Of a stretch of 55,702 bases of DNA, positions 9,638 through 19,424 are shown one piece after another (the stretch's first letter is position 1; each line of letters opens with the position of its first letter). The stretch lies in NCBI GenBank assembly GCA_024763185.1, contig JANTFY010000001.1:1-55702 (forward strand). The letters run 5' to 3'. The notes below the pieces were generated by a model that was not told the origin of the DNA, ran no database searches, and saw nothing but the letters and a program-made list of their open reading frames with translations. The position numbers were made by a program, and so were the translations under genes. Source of the DNA: Gammaproteobacteria bacterium. GTDB lineage: Bacteria > Pseudomonadota > Gammaproteobacteria > GCA-001735895.

Positions 9638-9774
9638 GGTATTCGCTACAAGTTAGACTGTTTATGAGTTATAGTGCTATTTATAGTAAAAGCCCAGGAT
9701 AAAATCAACTTTTTTCTATATTTATTAGGTAGATAGTTAACTTATCTAGAATTTAGGTCAAATCAATCCGGTGC

Positions 9775-10227
9775 TCAGTCCTGCACCCCGATGATGGATA
9801 ACACGTCACGCCCCCAGTCATTGAAAGCGGTAAAGCACAGGTGCCGGCATTCCTGTTCGTATTCAATGGCTATCTGCAAACCGACATGGTGCAAATAGCC
9901 CTGTGCCCGTTCAGGCCACTCGATCAGGCACAAGGTATCCGATTGCAGATAATCGCGGTAGCCGAGGTACTCCAGTTCTTCGGCATCGCCCAAACGATAC
10001 AGGTCAAAATGGGCGACAGACAATTCAGGCTGGGCGTAATACTCAACCAGAGTATAGGTTGGGCTACGTACTCCGGTGCTAATCCCCAGTGCCTCCAAGG
10101 CTCCTCTTACTAGGGTGGTTTTACCGGTACCCAGGTCGCCTTTCAGGGTAATCACTCCCGCGCTTTGGCAAGCCTGGATCAAACGCGCACCAAAAGCTTT
10201 CATATCCTGTTCACTGCAAATAATCAT
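9775..10227 (-). CDS. tsaE: tRNA t6A37 biosynthesis ATPase TsaE
   Basis: The 150 aa product has the P-loop GDLGTGKTTLVRG and the HFDLYRL motif. It overlaps the nnr stop by 4 nt. Confidence 0.9.
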   Translation of the reverse strand: MIICSEQDMKAFGARLIQACQSAGVITLKGDLGTGKTTLVRGALEALGISTGVRSPTYTLVEYYAQPELSVAHFDLYRLGDAEELEYLGYRDYLQSDTLCLIEWPERAQGYLHHVGLQIAIEYEQECRHLCFTAFNDWGRDVLSIIGVQD

Positions 10228-11705
10228 GATAAATCCAACTGAAATCTACGTATGTTCTTCACCACCGTGGGAATGAAATCAATGATATCTGTAGCGACCA
10301 GGCTGTTGGAATCCTGTTTTGTGGCATAGGCATCTGCTGCCAGCGCATGGATCAAAACCGCGGTCCGCGCAGCGCTTATGGGGTTTAATCCCTGTGCCAG
10401 ATAACCCCCCAGCAAACCGGCCAGCACGTCCCCCATGCCTGCACTGGCCATGCCCGGATGACCATGATGGCAGAGATGGATGGAGTCATGTTGGCAACCA
10501 ACCAGGGTGCCGGACCCTTTTAAAACCGTGACTGCATCCCATGTTTCGCAGCATTTTTTCAATGTCTGAATTCGATCCAACTGTATATCGGAAGCGGTGC
10601 ACTGCAGTAATCGGGCCATCTCACCCGGATGGGGTGTCAGCACCGCCTTAGCGGTTTGCAGGCGAGTAATAAATTCCGCCTGCAACGCATCCGCATCTAT
10701 GACCATGGCTTTTTCAAAGCCTTGCAGGTTCTCAAGTAATGCACGTGATTGATCACTAAGCCCCAGACCTGGACCTGCCACTACAACGCTTGCCCGCTGC
10801 AATTGCGCAGCCAGGTCATTCCAGCTCGAGACCATCAGTTCGGGATGCTGGCTGGCGGCTATGACGTAATTATCGGCATGAACGCATAAACTGACCAGGC
10901 CGGCACCACTGCGCAGAGCAGCCATGCCGGCCAGTCGGGCAGCACCGGACATACCCGGTCCGCCGCCTATCACCAGCACATGGCCAAACTGGTTTTTGTG
11001 GCTGTTTTTTTTGCGTCGTTCGGGAAGCTGTACGGTCGCTTCGTCCAGAACATGGCAGGCTGGACGAATTTGTTGTAAGGCAGACTGGGACAACCCCAGG
11101 TCATCAAACACCAGTTCACCGCAATAATCCGGCCCATCAGACAGAAAACAACCCTGTTTTCGGGCGATAAAACTCACCGTTAAATCGGCTTGCACGGCCA
11201 AGGGCATGGCATTACCGGTATCGGCATTCAGACCACTGGGAATATCGATACTCACCCTGATAGCCGGTAGTGCATTGATGTGTTCAATAACGGATAACCA
11301 GTTATCCTTAAGTGCTTTGTCCAGGCCTATGCCCAACAGGCCATCCACGATCAATGGTGCATCGATGCTCTGTTCGCTCCAGGTTTGGGTCTTACCGCCT
11401 GACTGCTGCCACTGTTGGCGATACAGGTCCGACTCATCACTTTGCCGGGATAAATCTCCCAGACTGAATAACTCAACCTGATAACCAGCCTGCAGAGCAA
11501 GAGTCGCCAGGGCAAAGGCATCGCCCCCATTATTACCGGGCCCGGCAAAAATCGCTATTTTATGAATTTCGGGCCAACGAATTTGTATATTGCGCCACAC
11601 CGCCTGTGCGGCTTTTAGCATCAGTTGAGCCGAAGGCTGGCCATCCAGCTCGATGGCCAGGCGATCCAGGTCATAAACCTGTTGGCGTTGATATAAATCC
11701 ATCAT
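10224..11705 (-). CDS. nnr: Bifunctional NAD(P)H-hydrate epimerase / ADP-dependent dehydratase
   Basis: The YjeF N-terminal domain (GPGNNGGDAF) and C-terminal carbohydrate-kinase domain (GPGLG..., GSGTL, GMGDVLAG) are both present. The likely start is ATGATG at 11705. The track ORF extends to 11819. Confidence 0.9.
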   Translation of the reverse strand: MMDLYQRQQVYDLDRLAIELDGQPSAQLMLKAAQAVWRNIQIRWPEIHKIAIFAGPGNNGGDAFALATLALQAGYQVELFSLGDLSRQSDESDLYRQQWQQSGGKTQTWSEQSIDAPLIVDGLLGIGLDKALKDNWLSVIEHINALPAIRVSIDIPSGLNADTGNAMPLAVQADLTVSFIARKQGCFLSDGPDYCGELVFDDLGLSQSALQQIRPACHVLDEATVQLPERRKKNSHKNQFGHVLVIGGGPGMSGAARLAGMAALRSGAGLVSLCVHADNYVIAASQHPELMVSSWNDLAAQLQRASVVVAGPGLGLSDQSRALLENLQGFEKAMVIDADALQAEFITRLQTAKAVLTPHPGEMARLLQCTASDIQLDRIQTLKKCCETWDAVTVLKGSGTLVGCQHDSIHLCHHGHPGMASAGMGDVLAGLLGGYLAQGLNPISAARTAVLIHALAADAYATKQDSNSLVATDIIDFIPTVVKNIRRFQLDLS

Positions 11706-11935
11706 ACAAAAACTTCGTGTAAGTAATCCTGCCAGTATATAACCAGCATAATTTTTTTCACAACGTACGCCATCAAGATTCAACACCGCATCACAAGTAG
11801 TTTTTATTTGACAGCCCAACGCGATTTAATCAAACTCGGTACATAGCAATAATTAACCAAAGATACATTTTGAACGCTCTTTCAATCCCGATTTTCGGGC
11901 TTTCTGTCTACAACCTCAACATCATCCAATCTTAA

Positions 11936-13330
11936 ATGACTCAACACGAATCCAAGCTGTTTGTGCTTGATACCAATGTATTGATGCACGATCCAACTGC
12001 GTTGTTCCGTTTTCAGGAACATAATATTTACCTGACCATGACCGTGCTGGAAGAACTCGACCAGGGCAAAAAAGGCATGTCGGAAGTGGCTCGCAATGTA
12101 CGCCAGGTGAATCGTTTCATTGATGACCTGATGACGCAGAACAAAGATCTGGATATAAAAGAAGGCCTGCCGCTGGAACAGTTTAAAACCACCAATAGCA
12201 ACGGCAATAGCACCGGCCGCCTCTATTTTGAAACGGAAGCGCATTCACCGCGCCTGCCCGATACGTTACCGGGTAGCAAGAATGACAATACGATCCTGGG
12301 CACGGTACTGGCCCTGCATGATGAATGGGATTGCGACATCATCCTCGTATCAAAGGATATCAACCTGCGCATCAAGGCCGCCGTACTCGGCATACTGGTT
12401 GAGGACTACACCAATGACAAGGTGCTGGATGATCTGGATTTACTGTTTACCGGCAGTCTCGAATTACCCACCGAGTTCTGGGAGAAACACAGCCAGGACA
12501 TTCACTCCTGGCAACGCGAGGGCAAAACCTATTATGAAATCAGCGGCGAGGATACCGCCGACTGGTATCCCAACCAGTTTATCTACCTGGAAGACAATTT
12601 TGATGGCATCGTGCTGGAGAAAGAAAAAGACACCTGCGTGATTGAAGTCATCAGAAATCATATGAGTGAGCGACACTCGGTTTGGGGAATTGTGGCCAGG
12701 AACCGCGAGCAGAATTTCGCGTTGAACCTGTTAATGAATCCTGATATTGATTTTGTCAGCCTGTCCGGTGCAGCCGGAACCGGTAAAACACTACTCACGC
12801 TGGCGGCCGCGTTGGCACAGACCATGGATGAAAAACGTTACTCTGAAATCATCATGACCCGGGTCACCGTACCCGTGGGTGAAGACATCGGTTTTCTACC
12901 CGGAACCGAAGAAGAAAAAATGTCACCCTGGATGGGCGCCTTGATGGATAACCTGGACGTACTGGTAGGCAACAACAAAAACGATGCCTGGGAACAGCAG
13001 GCAACCACTGACCTTGTTCGTCATCGGATTAAGATCTCATCCATGAACTTCATGCGCGGTCGAACTTTCCTGAAAAAATTCATCATTCTCGATGAAGCCC
13101 AGAATCTGACCTCAAAACAGATGAAAACCCTGATCACCCGGGCCGGTCCCGGCACCAAGGTAGTCTGCCTGGGTAATATTGGCCAGATCGACACTCCCTA
13201 CCTGACCGAAACCACCTCGGGATTGACCTACATCGTGGACCGATTCAAGGATTGGGAACACAGCGGGCATATCACCTTGAAACGTGGTGAAAGGTCACGA
13301 CTGGCGGATCACGCGTCAAAAATTCTTTGA
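11936..13330 (+). CDS. PhoH2-type protein: N-terminal PIN domain fused to a PhoH ATPase
   Basis: The PIN-like N-terminus reads FVLDTNVLMHDP...VLEELD...DNTIL. The PhoH domain has GAAGTGKT (Walker A) and FIILDEAQN (Walker B). Confidence 0.85.
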   Translation: MTQHESKLFVLDTNVLMHDPTALFRFQEHNIYLTMTVLEELDQGKKGMSEVARNVRQVNRFIDDLMTQNKDLDIKEGLPLEQFKTTNSNGNSTGRLYFETEAHSPRLPDTLPGSKNDNTILGTVLALHDEWDCDIILVSKDINLRIKAAVLGILVEDYTNDKVLDDLDLLFTGSLELPTEFWEKHSQDIHSWQREGKTYYEISGEDTADWYPNQFIYLEDNFDGIVLEKEKDTCVIEVIRNHMSERHSVWGIVARNREQNFALNLLMNPDIDFVSLSGAAGTGKTLLTLAAALAQTMDEKRYSEIIMTRVTVPVGEDIGFLPGTEEEKMSPWMGALMDNLDVLVGNNKNDAWEQQATTDLVRHRIKISSMNFMRGRTFLKKFIILDEAQNLTSKQMKTLITRAGPGTKVVCLGNIGQIDTPYLTETTSGLTYIVDRFKDWEHSGHITLKRGERSRLADHASKIL

Positions 13331-13336
13331 TTCGTA

Positions 13337-14185
13337 TCAATCCGCTGAAAGATCGGCAGTGGACAGGTCAGGCTTGATTTTATCTGCTGCGAGTCGGAAT
13401 CCAAGGATCGATAACGAGCGATTCTGGACATAAGAACCACGAATGCCCACCCTGACCCTTTCCGGTGTGCAATGGTAGGAGCCGCCGCGCATGACTTTAC
13501 GTGAGGAATTTTCCGGTCCGGCAGGATCCAGCGCCGGGGAAACCTTATAGTAATCAGCATCATAGGAATCCGCCACCCATTCCCACACATTGCCGATCAT
13601 GTCATGCAAACCAAAAGCATTGGGTTTTAACTGGCCCACCGGCATGGGTTTATCGCCTGAACTGGCGCGATACCAGGCATAATCATCCATCTCCTCATAC
13701 TTGAACGGGCGCAAACCGACAGTCCCTGCCCTGGCCGCGTATTCCCACTCGGCCTCGGTGGGCAGGCGAAAGTGATACCCTTCATCCATATCATTGAGAA
13801 TCTGAATAAATTCCTGCACCGAATCCCAACTGACGCGGCTTACAGGCAGCTCGGCCCAGTCATCTCTTTGCCAGCGTTTTATCTTGCCCGGCTCGTACCC
13901 CATAATTTCTTTCCACAGGCTCTGGGTCACTTCAGTGGTTGCCAGATAGAAAGGTTTGGACAGGGTAACTTTATGCGGGGGTAATTCCTTTTTTAAATTC
14001 TCCAGGCGTTCGGCCTTGACCTCTTTGGCCAGTTGGTCAAAATCCTGTGTTCCCATGACAAACTCACCGGCGGGAATGTTTACAAATTCAACTCCAAAGG
14101 AGGCGGTAAAGCTTTCGGCATAAAGAAAAGGAGTCGCTGTAACCAGAACAAAAAAGGACAGGACTTTCAGCGTGGCTTTAAACAC
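13337..14185 (-). CDS. Secreted formylglycine-generating-enzyme (SUMF1/FGE-sulfatase) family protein
   Basis: A signal peptide is followed by RLPTEAEWEYAARAG, HDMIGNVWEWVADSY and RGGSY motifs. The start is GTG at 14185, only 5 nt after the rpoS stop. Confidence 0.85.
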   Translation of the reverse strand: MFKATLKVLSFFVLVTATPFLYAESFTASFGVEFVNIPAGEFVMGTQDFDQLAKEVKAERLENLKKELPPHKVTLSKPFYLATTEVTQSLWKEIMGYEPGKIKRWQRDDWAELPVSRVSWDSVQEFIQILNDMDEGYHFRLPTEAEWEYAARAGTVGLRPFKYEEMDDYAWYRASSGDKPMPVGQLKPNAFGLHDMIGNVWEWVADSYDADYYKVSPALDPAGPENSSRKVMRGGSYHCTPERVRVGIRGSYVQNRSLSILGFRLAADKIKPDLSTADLSAD

Positions 14186-14190
14186 CTTGA

Positions 14191-15237
14191 CTACTGCAGG
14201 ATATTTTCGCGCGAGTAGCCCTTGTTTTCCAGAATTCGACGCAAGCGACGCAGGGCATCCATCTGCACCTGGCGCACACGCTCACGCGTAACACCCAGTT
14301 CACGACCAACTTCTTCCAGTGTGCCGCGTGGATGATTACGCAACCCGAAGCGGCGCACCACCACTTCGCGTTGTTTTTCATCAAGTTCATCCAGCCACAC
14401 ATCCAGATGTTGTAAAACCGACTCATCCTGCAAAATGCTGGCCGGGTCAGGATTGTTATCATCCGGGATGATATCCAGCAGGGGGCGCTCACCGTCACCC
14501 GACATCGGGGTATCCACCGAAGTTACCCGGTCGGCAAGCTTGAGCATTTTTTCGACATCTTCCAGCGGCTTGTTCATCATTTTGGCGATATCTTCTGCCG
14601 TGGCTTCCTGCTTCATGTCCTGGGTGAGTTTGCGCGCAGCTCGCAGGTAGGTATTGAGCTCCTTGATCACGTGAATGGGCAGGCGAATAGTACGGGTCTG
14701 ATTCATCAAACCACGTTCAATTGTCTGACGAATCCACCAGGTGGCATAGGTCGAAAACCTGAACCCACGTTCCGGGTCAAATTTTTCAACCGCGCGAATC
14801 AGCCCCAGATTGCCCTCTTCGATCAGGTCGAGCAAGGGTAAACCCCGGTGCATGTAACGACGGGCTATCTTGACCACCAGGCGCAAATTACATTCGATCA
14901 TTTTGTCTCGCGCGGAGGAGTCACCTTTCTGCGCAAGCCTGGAGTAATAAACCTCTTCTTCAGCAGTCAATAACGGGGAAACTTCAATTTCACTTAAATA
15001 CAAGCGGGTGGGATCAACATCGGTCGAGCGTCGGTTGGGTGTTTTTCTGCGATCCTGAGGGCGTCTTCTCTCAACAAATTTCTCCGCTTGCTGATTAACT
15101 TCGGCTTCTACCGCATCCGATTCCTCAAGATCTTCCTGCATGGTTTCAACCAATTCTTCCGCGGGTATTTCCTTATCTTCAATTAGTGTCGGATCATTTG
15201 CTTTAGACATGCTTGTTATTCCACTCTCTTTGCTCAT
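14191..15237 (-). CDS. rpoS: RNA polymerase sigma factor RpoS (sigma-38)
   Basis: Region 2 to region 4 motifs are present ([91 protein letters not shown]). It sits directly after nlpD, as in enterics. An alternative ATG at 15210 is possible. Confidence 0.9.
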   Translation of the reverse strand: MSKESGITSMSKANDPTLIEDKEIPAEELVETMQEDLEESDAVEAEVNQQAEKFVERRRPQDRRKTPNRRSTDVDPTRLYLSEIEVSPLLTAEEEVYYSRLAQKGDSSARDKMIECNLRLVVKIARRYMHRGLPLLDLIEEGNLGLIRAVEKFDPERGFRFSTYATWWIRQTIERGLMNQTRTIRLPIHVIKELNTYLRAARKLTQDMKQEATAEDIAKMMNKPLEDVEKMLKLADRVTSVDTPMSGDGERPLLDIIPDDNNPDPASILQDESVLQHLDVWLDELDEKQREVVVRRFGLRNHPRGTLEEVGRELGVTRERVRQVQMDALRRLRRILENKGYSRENILQ

Positions 15238-15947
15238 TATAGTTCTGGCAAATACTGTAACGGATCGACAGGTTCACCATTTTTTCTGATCTCAAAATGC
15301 AATGCAGCGAGTTTGTTTTTACCCTGCCCCATTTCCGCAATTTTCGCTCCTCTTTTTACATCCATGCCTTCTTTAACCAGCCTTTCCCTGTTGTATGCAT
15401 AGGCACTCAAATAGGTTTCATTATGTTTGATGATAATCAGGTTACCATAATCAGCCAGCCCGCTCCCACTGTACACTACCCGTCCATCTGCAACCGCATA
15501 CACAGGTTGCCCTATTTTACCTGCAATATCAATACCACGGCGGTCAAGAGCCTTGGCAGAGAAGCGATTGAGTACTTTTCCACTGGTTGGCCAGCGCCAT
15601 CGAATCACTCGATTGTAGTCAGGCGTCAAAGATTTGACAATAACAGGGCTGCCCGATTTGGTTTTTTCGATAACAACTTTTTTTCCATCCGGAAGTGTCG
15701 GAATCTTGTCAGGTTTTATCAGGGTCAATTGTTGACCGGGATTCACCTTGAACGGTTCGGATAATCCATTCCAGGCAGCCAGGGTGCGGTAATCCAGTCC
15801 ATAACGCCAGGCAATCGCGTAAAGTGTGTCGGTGGGTTTCACCCGATACCAACCCGGACCTTTTAATTTATGCTGCTGTAAGGTCTGGCAGGCGGATACT
15901 GCCAGTACCAGTAAAAAAGTAACAGAGTATCGAAGTGTCATACTCAT
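15237..15947 (-). CDS. nlpD: Murein hydrolase activator lipoprotein NlpD (LysM plus degenerate LytM/M23 domain)
   Basis: The lipobox is LAVSAC and the LysM domain reads [19 protein letters not shown]. The M23 domain lacks the first catalytic His (RRGIDIAG; only LHFEIR is retained), as in E. coli NlpD. Confidence 0.85.
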   Translation of the reverse strand: MSMTLRYSVTFLLVLAVSACQTLQQHKLKGPGWYRVKPTDTLYAIAWRYGLDYRTLAAWNGLSEPFKVNPGQQLTLIKPDKIPTLPDGKKVVIEKTKSGSPVIVKSLTPDYNRVIRWRWPTSGKVLNRFSAKALDRRGIDIAGKIGQPVYAVADGRVVYSGSGLADYGNLIIIKHNETYLSAYAYNRERLVKEGMDVKRGAKIAEMGQGKNKLAALHFEIRKNGEPVDPLQYLPEL

Positions 15948-16522
15948 TTAAAATAATAGACAAGAATGGCCAGACACAGTAATGCGACCACTGCCCAGCC
16001 AATGTGTTCGATATATTTCAGCAATTTTTTTTCAATGGACGGACCGTATTTAGCCAACAGTATCGCCACCAGAAAAAATCGCGCGCCACGTCCAACCAGG
16101 GAAGCCAGCATAAATGGCAGGAAAGCGAGGTGTAAAACGCCAGCCGAAATGGTAAATATCTTATAGGGCACCGGTGAAAAACCGGCCACCAGAACGGCCC
16201 AGAATCCCCACACGGAAAACCACTCGGTAGCGGTATCAAAAACATTTTGGTAGCCCCATTGCTGAATATAGGGTTGCGCCAGTTCATATCCGTATGCGCC
16301 AATCAGGTAACCTACCACACCACCTATCAGGGATGCCGCCAGTGTTAGTGTGGCAAAATAAAGCGCCCGAGCCGGCTTGGCCAGGGACATGGGCGCGAGC
16401 ATCACATCCGGTGGCGGAAACGGTAGAATGAAAGACTCAATGAAACTTAAAAAAGATAACATCAGCGGCGCGCGCCGGCTGGCCGATGCACGTATAACTG
16501 ATTGGTATAAATTTTCAAACAT
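15944..16522 (-). CDS. YqaA/DedA-type (SNARE-associated) inner-membrane protein
   Basis: The 192 aa polytopic protein has a pattern like YqaA-family proteins. It is inserted between pcm and nlpD. Confidence 0.7.
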   Translation of the reverse strand: MFENLYQSVIRASASRRAPLMLSFLSFIESFILPFPPPDVMLAPMSLAKPARALYFATLTLAASLIGGVVGYLIGAYGYELAQPYIQQWGYQNVFDTATEWFSVWGFWAVLVAGFSPVPYKIFTISAGVLHLAFLPFMLASLVGRGARFFLVAILLAKYGPSIEKKLLKYIEHIGWAVVALLCLAILVYYFK

Positions 16523-16533
16523 GTTGTTACTTT

Positions 16534-17208
16534 CTAACCCAGACCCGGCAACAGGGGCACGAACGATACCGCCTCAAAAGCCTCGGTTTCGAATTCATTT
16601 TTGTTTCGGGTAATTTTAAGTAGCACCTGCTCATGACCGTTATCATAGGGCAAAACCATCTCGCCTCCTTCTGTTAACTGTTCCGCCAGTTTACGTGGAA
16701 TATCCTTGCAGGCAGCCGTCATGATAATACGATCAAAACGGTAATTCAGGTTGGGCCAGCCACCATGACCATCGGTATGACGTAATTCAACATTGTACAG
16801 TTGCAAGTCTGCCAGGCGCTTTTTCGCCTGCTGAAAAAGTGCACCGATACGCTCAATGCTGTACACCTGTGGTACAAGCTGTGCCAGCACCGCGGTCTGG
16901 TAGCCACAGCCGGTACCGATTTCAAGCACGGATGTAGGCATACCGGATTGCAGGAGCATTTGTGTCATTCGGGCCACGATGTAGGGTTGCGAAATGGTCT
17001 GCCCATGGCCAATCGGCAACGCGGTATCCTCGTAAGCACGATGTGACAGGGCTTCATCAACAAACAGGTGACGTGGCGTATTCCTGATCACGGAAAGCAC
17101 ATCCTCGTTGGTAATCCCCTGCTGACGCAGACGCTCAATCAGGCGGTCCCGCGTGCGCTGCGAGGTCATGCCTATGCCACTGATTTTTTGATTGGATATA
17201 CTTTTCAT
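16534..17208 (-). CDS. pcm: Protein-L-isoaspartate O-methyltransferase
   Basis: The SAM-binding motif [16 protein letters not shown] and the [10 protein letters not shown] motif are present. The surE-pcm order is conserved. It overlaps surE by 4 nt. An internal start at [10 protein letters not shown] (17169) is possible. Confidence 0.93.
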   Translation of the reverse strand: MKSISNQKISGIGMTSQRTRDRLIERLRQQGITNEDVLSVIRNTPRHLFVDEALSHRAYEDTALPIGHGQTISQPYIVARMTQMLLQSGMPTSVLEIGTGCGYQTAVLAQLVPQVYSIERIGALFQQAKKRLADLQLYNVELRHTDGHGGWPNLNYRFDRIIMTAACKDIPRKLAEQLTEGGEMVLPYDNGHEQVLLKITRNKNEFETEAFEAVSFVPLLPGLG

Positions 17209-17954
17209 GCAATAGCCGACAGCCAGTCCTGCAGAGGTTTTACGCCTTCATGACGGGTCAGGTCAATTTGTAAAGGGGTCACAGAAACATAGCCATGCTG
17301 GATGGCATAAAAATCGGTGCCCGGGCCGGCATCCTGGGCTGGGCCTGCGGTGCCTACCCAGTAGATTGTTCGCTGATAAGGATCCCGTTGTTGGACAACC
17401 GGCTCAGCTTTGTGACGAAAACCCAGACGTGTGGCCTGAAAACCCTTGATCTCGGACCACGGCAAATTGGGTACATTAATATTCAGGATGGTATCTTCCG
17501 CCAGCGGGTTATTCAGCAAATGCCGGACAATCTGACCGGTTGCTTTGGCAGCCGTTGCAAAATGGAATTCATTACGCCCCGCCAATGAAACCGCCAGCGC
17601 CGGCAGGCCCAGAAAACGCCCTTCGGTGGCGGCCGCAACCGTGCCGGAATAAATCACATCATCGCCCAGGTTGGGGCCATCATTAATGCCGGATACCACC
17701 ATATCGGGTTCCTCATCGAGCAGGCCGGTTAAAGCCAGGTGCACACAATCGGTTGGCGTGCCATCCACTTTGTAAAAACCGGAAGGTGTTTTATGCGCGC
17801 GCAAGGGTCTTTGCAGGGTCAGGGAATTGCTGGCACCACTGCGATTACGGTCCGGTGCAACAACGGTAACTTTGGCCATTGCGGCTAACTCATCGGCAAT
17901 GGCCTGCAGGCCCGGCGCCAGATAGCCATCGTCATTACTGATCAGTATATGCAT
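17205..17954 (-). CDS. surE: 5'/3'-nucleotidase SurE
   Basis: The N-terminus [16 protein letters not shown] and the GTPTDCV and [22 protein letters not shown] motifs are present. Confidence 0.93.
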   Translation of the reverse strand: MHILISNDDGYLAPGLQAIADELAAMAKVTVVAPDRNRSGASNSLTLQRPLRAHKTPSGFYKVDGTPTDCVHLALTGLLDEEPDMVVSGINDGPNLGDDVIYSGTVAAATEGRFLGLPALAVSLAGRNEFHFATAAKATGQIVRHLLNNPLAEDTILNINVPNLPWSEIKGFQATRLGFRHKAEPVVQQRDPYQRTIYWVGTAGPAQDAGPGTDFYAIQHGYVSVTPLQIDLTRHEGVKPLQDWLSAIA

Positions 17955-18067
17955 TCAAAGTAGCTAGATAGAAGTAAGAAGGAATGATAAACCAAATCAA
18001 CAGGACGCAGGAATTAAATTGCTCTATGATGGGATATAAATTATCGACCTTCACGCTAGAAAATATC

Positions 18068-18607
18068 ATGCCCCATTCATCCGATGACGATGGCCTTGAA
18101 AACCAGGGTGCCGGTTTCATGGAATCACTGGGAGGCATACGCAAACTCAGTTCTGACAAGGTGGATTTGACCCGTGATCGTCCCATTAAATCTCGCCAGG
18201 CTAATCAAACTCAGCCATCAATCGGTGACCCTAAAATAGCAACCGCTGCCTCGCATCATGGAACAGGCTCTGTGCCTGAAAGCTGGTTTCACCAGGGTAT
18301 CCAGAAAAATCTCAAACGAAAGATCCAGTTGGGGCAGTTTCCCGTGGAAGTCGAACTGGATTTACACGGGTATCGTCAGCATGAAGCACTTCAGGAATTG
18401 GCTAACTTCATTCAACTGGCCATTCAACAGCACATCCGTTTTCTGGTCATCATTCATGGCAAGGGTTACCGGTCAAAAAACGAATCGGTGTTGCGCCCGC
18501 TTGTTCAAAACTGGTTGAGTCAGCAACCCAATGTGCTGGCTTACTGTCCGGCACAGCCGAGGGATGGAGGGAGTGGTGCAAGTTATGTGTATTTGCGCAA
18601 GGCGTGA
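18068..18607 (+). CDS. Smr-domain endonuclease (SmrB-like)
   Basis: The C-terminal Smr domain reads ELDLHGYRQHEALQELANFI...VIIHGKGY...GGSGASYVYL. The start is uncertain: the ORF is open from 17984, and ATG 18068 gives an SmrB-like length. Confidence 0.8.
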   Translation: MPHSSDDDGLENQGAGFMESLGGIRKLSSDKVDLTRDRPIKSRQANQTQPSIGDPKIATAASHHGTGSVPESWFHQGIQKNLKRKIQLGQFPVEVELDLHGYRQHEALQELANFIQLAIQQHIRFLVIIHGKGYRSKNESVLRPLVQNWLSQQPNVLAYCPAQPRDGGSGASYVYLRKA

Positions 18608-18647
18608 TAAATATCACTTGCTATTTTACATGCCAAGAATGTTTAGT

Positions 18648-19197
18648 TTCTTGCAGAGTAGGATTTCACACGCTAACGCTCTCCTTTCTTCGTAGTAAAT
18701 TACGAGTACGCGTGCGAGGCACTTTTTTCAACAGCAAAAAAAGTACCCAAAAACGCCGCCCCAAACCATGCCCTTCATCGTAAAAAATGTGCCCAAATCA
18801 GGGGCGGCACAGACGCGAGGCCCAACCGCAACTTTGCCTAAAACCGCATCCCTGCGGTTTTCCCCTGATTTGAACACAATTTTTCCGCGGACCTGGAGAG
18901 GGGAAGAAAAAGCACGCACTCAACGACCGGTTTTTTAATGCCCTTATGGAGTGCCCGAAGTGGATGGGTTTTGCAAGGTCAAATGACAGGGATGTCATTT
19001 GAGGCCCGTTGAGCATGGATGCGAATCGGGCCGTGCCTTGCAAAAGCCATTCATTTGCGGGAAGCCGGAGGCCACTCCATGCAGGCGAGCATTTTTTGGG
19101 TACTTTTTCATGCCTGAAAAAGTACCTCGCACGCATACTCGTAATCAGCTACGAAGAAAGAAATCGATTAGCGTGTGAAACACTACGCAGCAAGAGA
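18648..19197. mobile_element. MITE-like non-coding element with roughly 105-nt imperfect terminal inverted repeats and nested internal palindromes. A large structured RNA is the alternative reading.
   Basis: The left arm is 18648-18753 and the right arm is 19093-19197. They share perfectly complementary runs: tttcacacgcta, tttcttcgtag, attacgagta, gcgtgcgagg and gtacccaaaaa. Internal modules lie at 18789-18877 and 18946-19080. There is no credible ORF. Confidence 0.5.
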
Positions 19198-19208
19198 CTA
19201 CTACCAAC

Positions 19209-19421
19209 CTATTCAGGTTTCTTATCACCATCAGAGTCTGATGAAGCCCCGTCATCCGTCGCTTTGGATTCCGGTTTGATCGTATCATCATCCATCAGAA
19301 TCCGGTAAGCCGGTCCTTCCAGATCATCCATCTGACCGGATTTTACCGACCAGAAAAAAAACGCGGCAATGACGACCAGAATAATCATGGCCAGGGGAAT
19401 TAACAAATACAGGATTTCCAC
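19209..19421 (-). CDS. ccoS: cbb3 oxidase maturation protein CcoS/FixS
   Basis: The 70 aa product MEILYLLIPLAMIILVVIAAFFFWSVKSGQMDDLEGPAYRIL matches the CcoS signature. It lies immediately downstream of ccoI. Confidence 0.85.
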   Translation of the reverse strand: MEILYLLIPLAMIILVVIAAFFFWSVKSGQMDDLEGPAYRILMDDDTIKPESKATDDGASSDSDGDKKPE

Positions 19422-19424
19422 AAT

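Noticed and set aside
9730-9748. An AT-rich near-palindrome (tagatagttaacttatcta) between tsaE and the amidase gene
   Set aside because: The stem is all A/T, the centre is asymmetric by one nucleotide, and no U-run follows. I cannot tell it apart from chance symmetry in an AT-rich promoter spacer.
18728-19308. 63-, 112- and 99-aa ORFs inside the palindromic intergenic block
   Set aside because: They overlap each other on both strands and are Arg/Pro/Gly/Cys-rich with no start signals. Their sequences are dictated by the inverted-repeat structure, so I treat the region as non-coding.
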